Source: an uncultured Candidatus Saccharibacteria bacterium
GTDB lineage: Bacteria > Patescibacteriota > Minisyncoccia > Minisyncoccales > GWA2-38-27
DNA: 64,000 bases
Assembly: GCA_964479375.1 (NCBI GenBank)
Contig: CAYZKD010000001.1
Span: forward strand, 7,540-71,539
Direction: 5' to 3'
The notes under the pieces are model-generated. The model was not told the DNA's origin, searched no databases, and worked only from the letters and a program-made list of their open reading frames with translations. Both the position numbers and the translations under genes were made by a program. Below, one piece after another: positions 19,336-28,745 of the stretch; positions within the stretch are counted from its first letter, which is position 1, and the number at the start of each line of letters is the position of its first letter.

Positions 19336-20265
19336 ATGATTGTTCTACCCAAACCACCTAAAGTTGTTGATAAAAAAGATAATCGGGCTCGTATTGAAAT
19401 CGAGGGTCTTTATCCCGGCTACGGATTGACAATCGGAAACAGCTTAAGAAGGGTTTTGCTTTCTTCTTTGGAGGGAGCGGCCATTACCCAGATTAAGATC
19501 AAAGGCGTACAGCATGAATTTTCCACTATTTCGGGCGTCTTAGAGGATGTAATTACCATAATGATGAATTTAAAAAAAGCTAGGTTTAGAATGCACACAG
19601 GCGAGCCCCAGAAAGCCACTCTTAATGCGAAGGGGGAAAAGAAGGTTTCTGGGAAGGATTTTAAATTTCCCAGTCAGGTGGATTTGATAAATAAAGACTG
19701 TCATGTGGCTACTTTGACCAGCAAGAACGCAGAATTGGAAATAGAGGCCACTATCGAAAAGGGGGTGGGGTATGAACCCGTAGAAAGAAGAAAGAGGGAA
19801 GGAAAACTGGAAATAGGCGTTATCCCGGTGGACGCTGTTTTTACCCCGGTGAGGAAAGTAAGCTATAGCATAGAGAATATGAGGGTAGGGGAAAGAACGG
19901 ATTTTGACAGACTAGCCGTGGAGATAGAAACAGACGGCTCTTTGTCTCCGGAAGAGACCATATCTCAAGCCTCCAATATTCTGGTTGAACACTTCTCTTT
20001 GATCGCCTTGATCGCCGGCAAGGAGAAAAAGACTGAAAAAAAAGAATCTCCCAAGAAAGAAGACTTCAGAAAAATGAAAGTTGACGACTTGGAGCTCTCT
20101 CTCAGGGTGAAAACCGCACTTCAGGGTAATAATATTAAGACAGTGGGCGGCATTTTAAAGAAGAAAGAAGACGATCTTTTAAGTCTTCCCGGTATGGGAG
20201 ATCAGGGCCTTAAAGAGATAAAAAAGGCCTTGAAGAAATACGGATTAGAACTTAAATCAGGCTAG
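19336..20265 (+). CDS. rpoA: RNA polymerase alpha subunit
   Basis: GYGLTIGNSLRRVLLSS, HEFSTI, VDAVFTPV, alpha-CTD. Confidence 0.98.
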   Translation: MIVLPKPPKVVDKKDNRARIEIEGLYPGYGLTIGNSLRRVLLSSLEGAAITQIKIKGVQHEFSTISGVLEDVITIMMNLKKARFRMHTGEPQKATLNAKGEKKVSGKDFKFPSQVDLINKDCHVATLTSKNAELEIEATIEKGVGYEPVERRKREGKLEIGVIPVDAVFTPVRKVSYSIENMRVGERTDFDRLAVEIETDGSLSPEETISQASNILVEHFSLIALIAGKEKKTEKKESPKKEDFRKMKVDDLELSLRVKTALQGNNIKTVGGILKKKEDDLLSLPGMGDQGLKEIKKALKKYGLELKSG

Positions 20266-20267
20266 AG

Positions 20268-20627
20268 ATGAACAAGCAGAAAAGAGGAAGAAAATTTTCA
20301 AGGAAAAATCAACAAAGAAAAGCAATGATTAAATCATTGATATCTTCCCTTTTCTTAAAGGAGAAAATAAAAACCACAGAGGCCAAAGCCAAAGAAGCGG
20401 CACCTTTTGCGGAAAAGGCTATCAGCAGGGCCAATAAAGGAGGAGTCCAGGCCATTAGGATACTGAATAAAGACTTTAGCAAAAAAGTAGTTCAAAAACT
20501 GATTCAAGAGATAGCCCCGCTTTTTAATACAAGGAAAGGAGGGTACACCAGAATTATCAAAACGGAGCCTCGAAAGTCAGACGGGGCCAGAATGGCTATT
20601 ATTGAGTTGGTAGAGAAAACCAAGTGA
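20268..20627 (+). CDS. rplQ: 50S ribosomal protein L17
   Basis: IKTTEAKAKE, GGYTRI, DGARMA. Confidence 0.97.
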   Translation: MNKQKRGRKFSRKNQQRKAMIKSLISSLFLKEKIKTTEAKAKEAAPFAEKAISRANKGGVQAIRILNKDFSKKVVQKLIQEIAPLFNTRKGGYTRIIKTEPRKSDGARMAIIELVEKTK

Positions 20628-20983
20628 TTATTATGGAGAGAAAAACACATAACATTAATGCCGAGAACAAAATTTTGGGACGCTTTGCTACCAGAGTGGC
20701 TAATTTGCTGAGAGGAAAAAACAAGCCTGATTTTAGGCCTGACGCTGATTTGGGAGACTTCGTAGTTGTAAATGATATAGACAAGTTGAAATTCAGCGGC
20801 AATAAAGAGAGCAATAAGATCTATTACAGCCACAGTGGATATCTGGGGCACCTAAAGAAAGAACCCTTGGGGAAAATGTTCGAAAGAAGCCCAGAAAAGG
20901 TTTTCAGGAAAGCAGTTTATGGCATGCTTCCCAAGAACAAGTTGAGGGACATCCAGATTAAAAGACTTAAATTCCAGCAATAG
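20624..20983 (+). CDS. rplM: 50S ribosomal protein L13 (short C-terminus)
   Basis: LGRFAT..A..LRGKNKP, GDFVVV, AVYGMLPKN; start may be ATG 20633. Confidence 0.96.
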   Translation: MIIMERKTHNINAENKILGRFATRVANLLRGKNKPDFRPDADLGDFVVVNDIDKLKFSGNKESNKIYYSHSGYLGHLKKEPLGKMFERSPEKVFRKAVYGMLPKNKLRDIQIKRLKFQQ

Positions 20984-20985
20984 TT

Positions 20986-21420
20986 ATGCCTACTAAAACT
21001 ACCAAAAGGAAAACTTCTAAAGAAAAAAACAAAAAATACCTTGAAGCTGTGGGGAAAAGGAAAACGGCTGCAGCCCGGGTTCGTCTTTTTGAGGGAGGCA
21101 AAGGTGAAATTATAGTAAACAGCAAGGATTATAAGGATTATTTTCCCACCCCAGAGCTGCAGAAGATAGTGACCGCAGCCATGGAGGAAATGGAGTGCCT
21201 GAATAAGTTTGATTTGTCAGTAAAGGTAGCGGGCTCGGGTGTGCATTCTCAGGCTGAGGCAGTAAGGCATGGAACAGCCCGCGCCCTAGTGGAGTTCAAC
21301 GAGGATTTTAGGAAGAAGCTAAGAAAAGCAGGATTTTTGACCAGAGACCCCAGACAGAGAGAGAGGAAGAAATTCGGTCTTAAGAGGGCTAGAAGGGCAA
21401 GGCAATGGCGCAAGAGATAA
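20986..21420 (+). CDS. rpsI: 30S ribosomal protein S9
   Basis: GKRKTAAARV, LTRDPR..ERKKFG, QWRKR. Confidence 0.98.
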   Translation: MPTKTTKRKTSKEKNKKYLEAVGKRKTAAARVRLFEGGKGEIIVNSKDYKDYFPTPELQKIVTAAMEEMECLNKFDLSVKVAGSGVHSQAEAVRHGTARALVEFNEDFRKKLRKAGFLTRDPRQRERKKFGLKRARRARQWRKR

Positions 21421-21421
21421 G

Positions 21422-22225
21422 ATGTTAAAGATGTTAAAAAAGTATTATTTAGAAGAGGAATAAGACAAAGAGCGGACCCATTCCTATATCACCGATGCAG
21501 GGAAATGACCCTGGTCGGTTTTTTTTAATTTAAAAATGCGTCAAAAAAAGCTTTATCCCCCAACATCTTAAGGATTTTCGATCACGGGGACTATATTCAT
21601 CAATTAATTATACGTGCTCTTTGGGACCAAGGGCATAAAAGTGGTCTGTTCTGAGATCGATTTCTTCTCAGGGGATAATATAGGGCAGGGCAGATGCTAT
21701 TGTCAGCGATCGCAAGAGGTACCATGTTCTTGATACAAAAAGCAGCAACAGATTTTCTTTCAAGGGGCTTAAAGAATTCAAGCCTGAAAATGTTTGCCAG
21801 ATTCAGCCGCATGTCCCCATTTCAAGCCTTCCAAAGGCATTCTGCTTTATACAAACAAGAATAATTAGGATCTTAATGTTCTTCGGGAAGTTAGAGAATA
21901 GCATATTTACTCGCCGCGCTTTGATATTTCCAAAAATGAAAAGCAACGCGGTTAGAATATATTGGCAGGTCGGACCCCTAGACGAGCAGTCAGAATCTTG
22001 CGTTCTAAGACTAAGAGTTTGTTATTGACTATGATTCCAATATGGCGGGGACCCTTATTGCCAATTTGAAAATTTTTCAAAAAAATAAAAGCAGGATTAA
22101 TCTCCGCTCGTTTAGCTGATTATCCCAGAAACCAAGAATGCCGTTAATGTCAGTTTAAGGAAATCTGTTCTGCGACAGGCCCGGGAGGAATGAGGTGGAA
22201 GAAGTTTGAAAAGAAAACCGACAAT
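21422..22225 (+). pseudogene. Degraded Cas4-like PD-(D/E)XK nuclease with many frameshifts and stops and a 137-bp insert
   Basis: Fragments read by hand across frames: YITDAGK, ILRIFDHGDYIHQLI, GRADAIVSD, CQIQ, GILLYTNKNN, ECR*CQFKEIC (C-terminal Cys cluster). Confidence 0.7.
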
Positions 22226-23581
22226 TTAGGGGATTAAGGGTTCAGAGCAAAAGAAGCTTCCTTCAGAAAGCAAACACAATTTATTTATCCCTTGGTACCA
22301 AAGTATCTCGGGATCGGGAAATTCCGCTAGATCACAGGAATTTATTTTGCCTCTGTTATCAATTTCAGAGACTTTTATTTTATCGCCGGTATTGAATATT
22401 AAGTAGTGGGAAGTATACCAGAAGACATTCTTTAATGGCTCTGAGAAGCGGCTGAGAAAAAGGGTCTCGCCTTTTTTTCTTTGGGGCTGGTCTGTAATAT
22501 CTTCGAGAAAAACTATCCATATTTCAGAATCATTGAAATAGGCTATTTTTTTATTGTTGGGGGAAACCTTTAGCCCCTCAATCTTATCTGATATTTTTTG
22601 GAATTCTTTTTCTGGATTTGTTAAGTAAAAGGTCTTCCCCTCTAAAAGAGCAATGTGGAACCCTATTTTATCCACTTTGTATTTGGTTTCTTTTTTAACG
22701 GAGATGGGGGAGTTGGTTATTCTTTCCCGGAACAGAAGATCGTAGTCAGTCTTAACAATAAACCCTTCCTGGTCTAAGAAATAGATGCCGTCTTTTTCCA
22801 GAGAGGCGGTTACCACTTTTTTTAAAGATTTTTCTTTCCCCAGTTCTGATAATTTATTTTCTTTCAGGTAGAATATTCGGGAAGGGTTCCCTGGGTGGAA
22901 ATATACCCGGAGAGGGCCCGAGAGACCCAGTTTTTCCAAAGAAGCGGGCAGAGGGAAAATATCTAAAAGGAAATAGCTAATTTCTCCTGAAACAGCTACT
23001 TTTAAAAAAGCATATTCTCCGTCAGGGGTGATTTCCAAGGAGATTAAATCTACATTTTCTTTTGAGATATCCTCTTTCTTTATGAGGTGGCTTTTAAGGT
23101 TTTTATCCACTTCGACCAGCTTTAGAGACCACATCTCTTCCCTCGACTCCAGCATTATGGTCTTTTGTCCTCGGGTGGAAAAGAAAGAATTCTCGATGTC
23201 TTTGGAGATTAGTTGAAACACCGGTTCTCTGGGAATCAAGACTACGTTTTTCGCTTCTGTCACCCCCCCTTTTTCTATTTCCAAGGTCTTCTTCCAGGGG
23301 CAATAATTTTCTTTTTCTATGCTAAAGCTGTGTTTGCCCGGCAAGATGTTTTCAATAAGAAGGGATCCGAAAAAGCCGTCTGTCCTTTCCTTTTTCTTGT
23401 TGTCTAAAAAGACATTAGTTGCCTTTGGAACAGTCTTGCAGAAGAACATACCGGGCTTGATAACCCCTTTTTCTTTCCAACTAAAACGCCACCCCATAGA
23501 GTAAAAAACAATAAGGGGCGACGCGACTAAAAAAAGTGCGGCAAAGAAGACAAAAATGATTCTGCGGGTTTTTCTTCTCAT
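22226..23581 (-). CDS. Membrane-anchored PEGA-like domain protein with probable beta-propeller
   Basis: N-terminal TM then YSMGWRF, TVPKATNVFLD, LPGKHSFSIEKENY.PWKK; start probably ATG 23581. Confidence 0.7.
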   Translation of the reverse strand: MRRKTRRIIFVFFAALFLVASPLIVFYSMGWRFSWKEKGVIKPGMFFCKTVPKATNVFLDNKKKERTDGFFGSLLIENILPGKHSFSIEKENYCPWKKTLEIEKGGVTEAKNVVLIPREPVFQLISKDIENSFFSTRGQKTIMLESREEMWSLKLVEVDKNLKSHLIKKEDISKENVDLISLEITPDGEYAFLKVAVSGEISYFLLDIFPLPASLEKLGLSGPLRVYFHPGNPSRIFYLKENKLSELGKEKSLKKVVTASLEKDGIYFLDQEGFIVKTDYDLLFRERITNSPISVKKETKYKVDKIGFHIALLEGKTFYLTNPEKEFQKISDKIEGLKVSPNNKKIAYFNDSEIWIVFLEDITDQPQRKKGETLFLSRFSEPLKNVFWYTSHYLIFNTGDKIKVSEIDNRGKINSCDLAEFPDPEILWYQGINKLCLLSEGSFFCSEPLIP

Positions 23582-23828
23582 GTAATTGAATTTTATCAGA
23601 AAAAAATTAATATAAAAAGGTCTGTTATTTTTTAACACCGTGGCGGGGGCTCAAAGAACGATTTGCCGCTCCAAGAGGTCCTTGCTGTGGATAGAGCCGT
23701 TTGTTGTTTGCCCTTTCGGATCCAGAAAGAACGCTTATTTAAACAACGAACACAAAAGCGAATTGATAGTCCGTCTTTGCGTGGCTGCTTGTCATTTGTC
23801 CTATTTTGAATTAAGATAGTATATAAAG

Positions 23829-25142
23829 ATGACTGAAAAATTTGTAATAAAAGGGGGTAAGCGACTCAAGGGGGAGATAGAAGTAAATGGGGCTAAGAAC
23901 TCAACCCTTCCTATTCTTGCTGCCACTATATTAACCGACAAGCCTTGCGTTATTGGCAATCTTCCTCTGATACAGGATGTTTTCAGAATGCTCGAGGTTA
24001 TAGAAAGTTTGGGTGCTGATGTCACTTGGTTGGAAGAAAAAAAGGTGAAAATAAGGTGTGCTAATATTAAAGTTGACAATATTCCCTTTGAAACAGTTGC
24101 CAGGTTCCGTGGGTCTATTCTTATCCTTGGCGCTCTTTTGGCACGGTTTGACAAGGTAGAAATTCCTCCTCCGGGCGGATGTCTTATCGGCGCCCGGCCC
24201 CTGGATACCCATTTGGACGCCCTTGCTCAACTGGGAGTCGAATCTCAAGAAAAAGACAACCTTTTTTCTTTTAAAAAGGATGAAATTGCAGGGGGGTCTT
24301 TTGAAACTTTGGAATTCTTTAAGAGGAAACAGAAGGAAAAAGATTTAAAAGAGTTAGTTCTCAAAGAATTCAGCGTTACTGCCACAGAAAATGCTCTGCT
24401 GTTTTCTTCTTTAAGCAAGAATAGGATTTTAATGAAGGTTACAGATCAGGATTATCAGGTTCAGGAATTAATAGAGGTTCTCAGGAGCATGGGGGCTGAT
24501 ATTGAAACCAAAGAATGTCACGCTCTTGAGATGCGGGGAAAGGATAATTTAAAAGGATTTGAGCACACAATTGATCCAGACCCAATTGAAACAGGCACTT
24601 TCATAGTTGCCTCTCTGGCTACACAAGGGGAGATTGTTATAAAAAAAGCGGGTCTTGGTTTTCTGGATCTTTTTCTGAAGAGATTATATGACTCAGGGGC
24701 CAAGTTCGAGATTGTCAAAGAGGACGAGTTAAGGGTTTTTCCTTCCCCGGACCTTAAAATAGACAAGATACAAAGTTTGCCCTATCCCGGGGTACATAGC
24801 GACTTGCAACCCGAATTGGGGGTTTTGGCCACTCAAACCGAAGGGGCCACTTTAATACACGATCCTTTATACGAAGGCAGATTGAAATATTTGGAAGAAT
24901 TGAATAAAATGGGGGCTGATATTATTTTCTGCGACCCCCATCGGGCTATTATAAGCGGACCTACGTCCTTGAGGGGCATAGAAATTCCCAGCCTTGACCT
25001 GAGGGCGGGTGCTGCTCTTATTGTCGCGGGGCTGATTGCAGAAGGAGAAACAGTAATAAACAATATTTATCAAATTAGCCGGGGATATGAGAAAATAGCA
25101 GATCGTCTCCGGTCTCTGGGAGCAGATATTAAAGAAGTATAG
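23829..25142 (+). CDS. murA: UDP-N-acetylglucosamine enolpyruvyl transferase
   Basis: GAKNS, PGGCLIGARP (catalytic Cys), SVTATEN, DLRAGAAL, RGYE. Confidence 0.96.
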   Translation: MTEKFVIKGGKRLKGEIEVNGAKNSTLPILAATILTDKPCVIGNLPLIQDVFRMLEVIESLGADVTWLEEKKVKIRCANIKVDNIPFETVARFRGSILILGALLARFDKVEIPPPGGCLIGARPLDTHLDALAQLGVESQEKDNLFSFKKDEIAGGSFETLEFFKRKQKEKDLKELVLKEFSVTATENALLFSSLSKNRILMKVTDQDYQVQELIEVLRSMGADIETKECHALEMRGKDNLKGFEHTIDPDPIETGTFIVASLATQGEIVIKKAGLGFLDLFLKRLYDSGAKFEIVKEDELRVFPSPDLKIDKIQSLPYPGVHSDLQPELGVLATQTEGATLIHDPLYEGRLKYLEELNKMGADIIFCDPHRAIISGPTSLRGIEIPSLDLRAGAALIVAGLIAEGETVINNIYQISRGYEKIADRLRSLGADIKEV

Positions 25143-25146
25143 AGAT

Positions 25147-26154
25147 ATGTTTGTTAAAAAAATTGGTATTGACCTAGGAACATGCAACTCTATTGTATTT
25201 ACTGCCAACAAGGGGGTAGTGCTTGACGAGCCCTCCGTAGTGGCCGTGGCTTTTGAAGAGAACAAAATTCTGGCAGTGGGACAAGAAGCAAAAGAAATGA
25301 CGGGAAGAACCCCCGATACCATAAAGGTTTACAGGCCCCTTAAAGATGGAGTGATAGCGGATTATAGGATCACCGAAGCAATGCTGCGCTATTTCATTGA
25401 AAGAACTTGCGGAAGAGTGAGAATTTTTAAACCCGAACTACTGGTTGGAATTCCTGCTGGCATTACTTCTACAGAGAGAAGGGCTGTTGTTGAAGCGGGC
25501 ATGGCGGCTGGAGCCAAGGCGGTTTATGTTGCCAAAGAGCCCGTGTTGGCTGCTATCGGAGCAGGAATTCCTATAAACTCTTGCTCTGGGCACATGCTAA
25601 TTGATATTGGAGGGGGCACTACTGAAATCGCAGTCATTTCCCTAGGAGGCATTGTTACTTGGAATTCTTTAAGGGTGGCGGGCGACAAGATGGATTATGC
25701 TATCTCAGACTATATCAAAGAAAAACACAATCTGGCCATCGGAGAACAGACAGCGGAGGAGCTGAAAATTAAAATAGGCACGGCTCTTCTAGAGAAGAAA
25801 CCCAAAGAGTTAGAGATCAGGGGCAGGGATTTGGCATCGGGATTGCCCAAAAATATTAAGATTTCTTCTAATGAGATCTGTAAGGCCATAGAAGAGAGGC
25901 TCTCTGAGATTATTCAGGTAGTTAAAAAGGTGTTGAGAGAAACTCCGCCTGAGCTTTCAGCAGACATTATGGACAAAGGGATGGTTCTTTCCGGGGGAGG
26001 AGGGATGCTTGATAATCTGGACCAATTGATCACTCAGAATACCGGAGTACCCTGTTTTGTTGCGGAAGATCCCTTGTTGTGCGTGGCTAAGGGGACCGGT
26101 GCCGTTCTTGACAACTTGGAAGTCTATAAGAGAAGCATAATGACGAAAAAATAG
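25147..26154 (+). CDS. mreB: Rod shape-determining protein MreB, paralog 1
   Basis: GIDLGT, EPSVVA, PLKDGVIAD, DIGGGTT, TPPELSADI. Confidence 0.95.
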   Translation: MFVKKIGIDLGTCNSIVFTANKGVVLDEPSVVAVAFEENKILAVGQEAKEMTGRTPDTIKVYRPLKDGVIADYRITEAMLRYFIERTCGRVRIFKPELLVGIPAGITSTERRAVVEAGMAAGAKAVYVAKEPVLAAIGAGIPINSCSGHMLIDIGGGTTEIAVISLGGIVTWNSLRVAGDKMDYAISDYIKEKHNLAIGEQTAEELKIKIGTALLEKKPKELEIRGRDLASGLPKNIKISSNEICKAIEERLSEIIQVVKKVLRETPPELSADIMDKGMVLSGGGGMLDNLDQLITQNTGVPCFVAEDPLLCVAKGTGAVLDNLEVYKRSIMTKK

Positions 26155-26158
26155 AATT

Positions 26159-27088
26159 ATGTTTATCGGTCATCAAAAACAATGGCATTTTTTGAAGGAT
26201 AGTTTTGAGAACAAGAAACTACCCCACGCCCTCTTATTCTGCGGACAGGAAAAAATAGGGAAGAAAAAGGTAGCAATAGAATTGGCAAAATATATTAACT
26301 GCACAGGAGGGGACAAGCCCTGTGACAATTGCAGAAATTGTTTAGATATAGAGAGAGGCCTTTTTCCGGACTTTGTATTAATAGCCCCTCCAAAAAAACA
26401 ATCGAAGATACAGATAGCAGAAATTAGAAACGCGGTTAAAAGATTGTCTCTCAAGCCCTATTCCTCTTCTTTGAGAATCGCTTTGGTTGATCGGGCTCAT
26501 CTAATGACAGCAGATGCCCAGGGGTGTTTTCTAAAATTTTTAGAAGAGCCGAAAGGAGACTCTCTAATAATTTTAGCAACTGAATATCCGGAAACTCTCC
26601 TTCCTACCATCAGATCTAGAATTCAGAAAGTGGGATTTTATCTTGTGTCAGGCAGGAAAATTAAAAAATATCTTCAAAGAAAGGGGGCGGAAGAAAAAAA
26701 AGCAGAAATTCTTTCTGCGGTTTGCGGGGGGAAGCCCGGAGTAGCCCTTGATCTTTTAGAGAATCCTGACATTTTAGAACAAAGAAAAAGGACTGTGCAA
26801 GATTTCATTTCATTGAGTAAAGGCGACTTGGTATTACGGCTCGATTATGCCAAAAAATTTTTTAAAGAACCAAAGTTTGAGCTACAGGAGGTTTTAGATG
26901 CCTGGCTGCATTATCTGAGAAAGATTTTTCTGGTTCAGGCTACAGAAGATAAAGAGAGTAACCCTTTTGATTATTCTCTGTCAGAATCAAGAAAGATAAT
27001 ATCATTAATCCAAGAAACAAAATTTCTGGTCTCGACTACAAATGTTAATCCTAGACTGGCCTTTGAAATTTTGTTAATGGAGATATAA
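26159..27088 (+). CDS. holB: DNA polymerase III delta-prime subunit
   Basis: HALLFCG, C..C..C zinc module, LKFLEEP, LLPTIRSR. Confidence 0.9.
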   Translation: MFIGHQKQWHFLKDSFENKKLPHALLFCGQEKIGKKKVAIELAKYINCTGGDKPCDNCRNCLDIERGLFPDFVLIAPPKKQSKIQIAEIRNAVKRLSLKPYSSSLRIALVDRAHLMTADAQGCFLKFLEEPKGDSLIILATEYPETLLPTIRSRIQKVGFYLVSGRKIKKYLQRKGAEEKKAEILSAVCGGKPGVALDLLENPDILEQRKRTVQDFISLSKGDLVLRLDYAKKFFKEPKFELQEVLDAWLHYLRKIFLVQATEDKESNPFDYSLSESRKIISLIQETKFLVSTTNVNPRLAFEILLMEI

Positions 27089-27097
27089 AAATAAAAT

Positions 27098-27652
27098 ATG
27101 TATAAAGATATAATAGAAAAAATTAAACCGGAATTAAACAAGGCAGTAGATTACTTGGAGGGAGAAGTTAAAAAATTAAGAACAGGCCGCGCAACCCCTT
27201 CTCTTGTTGAAGATATCGAAGTCAACTGTTTCGGAAACAAGATGCCTCTTAAACAACTGGCCGCCATATCTGTTTCCGGTCCTAGGCAAATAGTGATACA
27301 GCCTTGGGATGACTCTTATATCCAGTCGATAGAAGAGGCAATTTCTAAATCCGAGCTGGGGACCTCTCCAGTGGTAGATAAGAATATTATCCGCATATTT
27401 TTGCCAGAAGCAACAGAGGAATATAGAAAAGAACTTCTTAAACTGCTTTCGGAAAAGAAAGAAGAGGTCCGTCAAACTATTAGGAGATGGAGAGAAGAGG
27501 TTTGGAAAGAAATCCAGGAGAAGACAGACTCGGGGGAAATAAGGGAGGATGATAAGTTCAAGGCTAAAGAGGAACTTCAAAGGGTGGTTGATGATTACAA
27601 CCAGAAGGCGGAAGAGATCGTAGAAAGGAAAGAAAAGGAGATATCAGAGTAA
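27098..27652 (+). CDS. frr: Ribosome recycling factor
   Basis: LRTGRATP, IQPWD, EYRKEL. Confidence 0.96.
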   Translation: MYKDIIEKIKPELNKAVDYLEGEVKKLRTGRATPSLVEDIEVNCFGNKMPLKQLAAISVSGPRQIVIQPWDDSYIQSIEEAISKSELGTSPVVDKNIIRIFLPEATEEYRKELLKLLSEKKEEVRQTIRRWREEVWKEIQEKTDSGEIREDDKFKAKEELQRVVDDYNQKAEEIVERKEKEISE

Positions 27653-27655
27653 AAT

Positions 27656-28741
27656 ATGACAACTATTATTTTAATCGCAATTATTTCTCTAGTTCTGCTG
27701 TTAATTTTTCACGAATTGGGACATTTCCTTTTGGCCAAACTATTTGGCGTAAGGGTGCCGGAGTTTGGTTTGGGTTATCCTCCTCGTATTGTAGGCAAGA
27801 AAATAGGGGAGACCCTATATTCTCTAAACCTTATTCCCTTTGGCGCCTTTGTGAAAATACACGGGCAAGAAAAAAAGATTGACAGCCCCGAAAGTTTCTC
27901 CTCCAAGCCTCTTTGGCAAAAATCCCTTATTATCTTGGGCGGAGTGATGAGTTTCTGGTTAATCGCTGCTATCTTGCTGTCTGTCGTGATGTATATGGGA
28001 GTGCCCACGGTAGTGGAAGATGCCGTCGAGGGAGGGGTGATAGAACCAAAAGTTCAAGTGGTGGGTGTTGCTTCTGATTCTCTTGCAGAGCAGGTGGGTC
28101 TGGAGATAGGGGATGTAGTTAAGGGTATCTCCGTTTCGGGAACTTTCTACAAAACAAATAAGGTAGGGGAGGTGCAGAAGATAGTACAAGAACACAAAGG
28201 AGAAGAAATTTCTTTAAAAATAGCCAGAGGAGCGGAAGAAATTAATGTTGTTCTAATTCCTAGAGTGGATCCTCCTGAAGGAGAGGGAGCCATAGGGGTA
28301 GCCCTTCTTAGAACCGCTCTCAAGTCTTATCCTTGGTATTTAGCCCCTGTTGAGGGAATAAAGGCTACGGGTGGGTTGACCTTAACTATAATTCAGGCTT
28401 GGGGCATGACTTTTTCCAGTCTGTTCGGAGGGGAGGGCCTTCCTGCTGGAGTAGAAGTAAGGGGGGTAGTAGGCATTTTCGAATTATTTATACAAGCCGG
28501 GGCTCTGGGGATTGCTTACTTCTTGCAATTAATCGCCATAATCGCGGTGCATCTTGCTTTAATTAATGCTCTGCCCATTCCTGCTCTGGACGGAGGATGG
28601 CTTGCTTTTCTCGTCATAGAAAAGATAACAGGAAAGCCCCTGAATCAGAAAATAGTTCAAGGGGTAAGCGGCGTTTTCTTTATTTTGTTAATAATTCTAA
28701 TGGTTTGGATTACTATTAATGATGTAGCCAGGCTTTTCTAG
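27656..28741 (+). CDS. rseP: RseP/RasP-type M50 site-2 metalloprotease with PDZ domain
   Basis: HELGH, GET.YS..LIPFG, NALPIPALDGG. Confidence 0.92.
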   Translation: MTTIILIAIISLVLLLIFHELGHFLLAKLFGVRVPEFGLGYPPRIVGKKIGETLYSLNLIPFGAFVKIHGQEKKIDSPESFSSKPLWQKSLIILGGVMSFWLIAAILLSVVMYMGVPTVVEDAVEGGVIEPKVQVVGVASDSLAEQVGLEIGDVVKGISVSGTFYKTNKVGEVQKIVQEHKGEEISLKIARGAEEINVVLIPRVDPPEGEGAIGVALLRTALKSYPWYLAPVEGIKATGGLTLTIIQAWGMTFSSLFGGEGLPAGVEVRGVVGIFELFIQAGALGIAYFLQLIAIIAVHLALINALPIPALDGGWLAFLVIEKITGKPLNQKIVQGVSGVFFILLIILMVWITINDVARLF

Positions 28742-28745
28742 AAAA

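Noticed and set aside
21876-22012. Canonical group I intron identity for the insert
   Set aside because: No P/Q/R/S elements like those at 33513-33754, and U|...G| boundaries do not restore the reading frame.
21422-22225. Stop-codon recoding (code 25) as the cause of the broken ORF
   Set aside because: Frameshifts and TAA/TAG stops also interrupt it, and TGA ends intact genes such as tpiA, infA and rplQ.
23640-23800. tmRNA, RNase P or SRP RNA identity for this spacer and those near 35500 and 50400
   Set aside because: No tRNA-like ends, no GAGGAAAGTCC, and no SRP domain IV motif seen.
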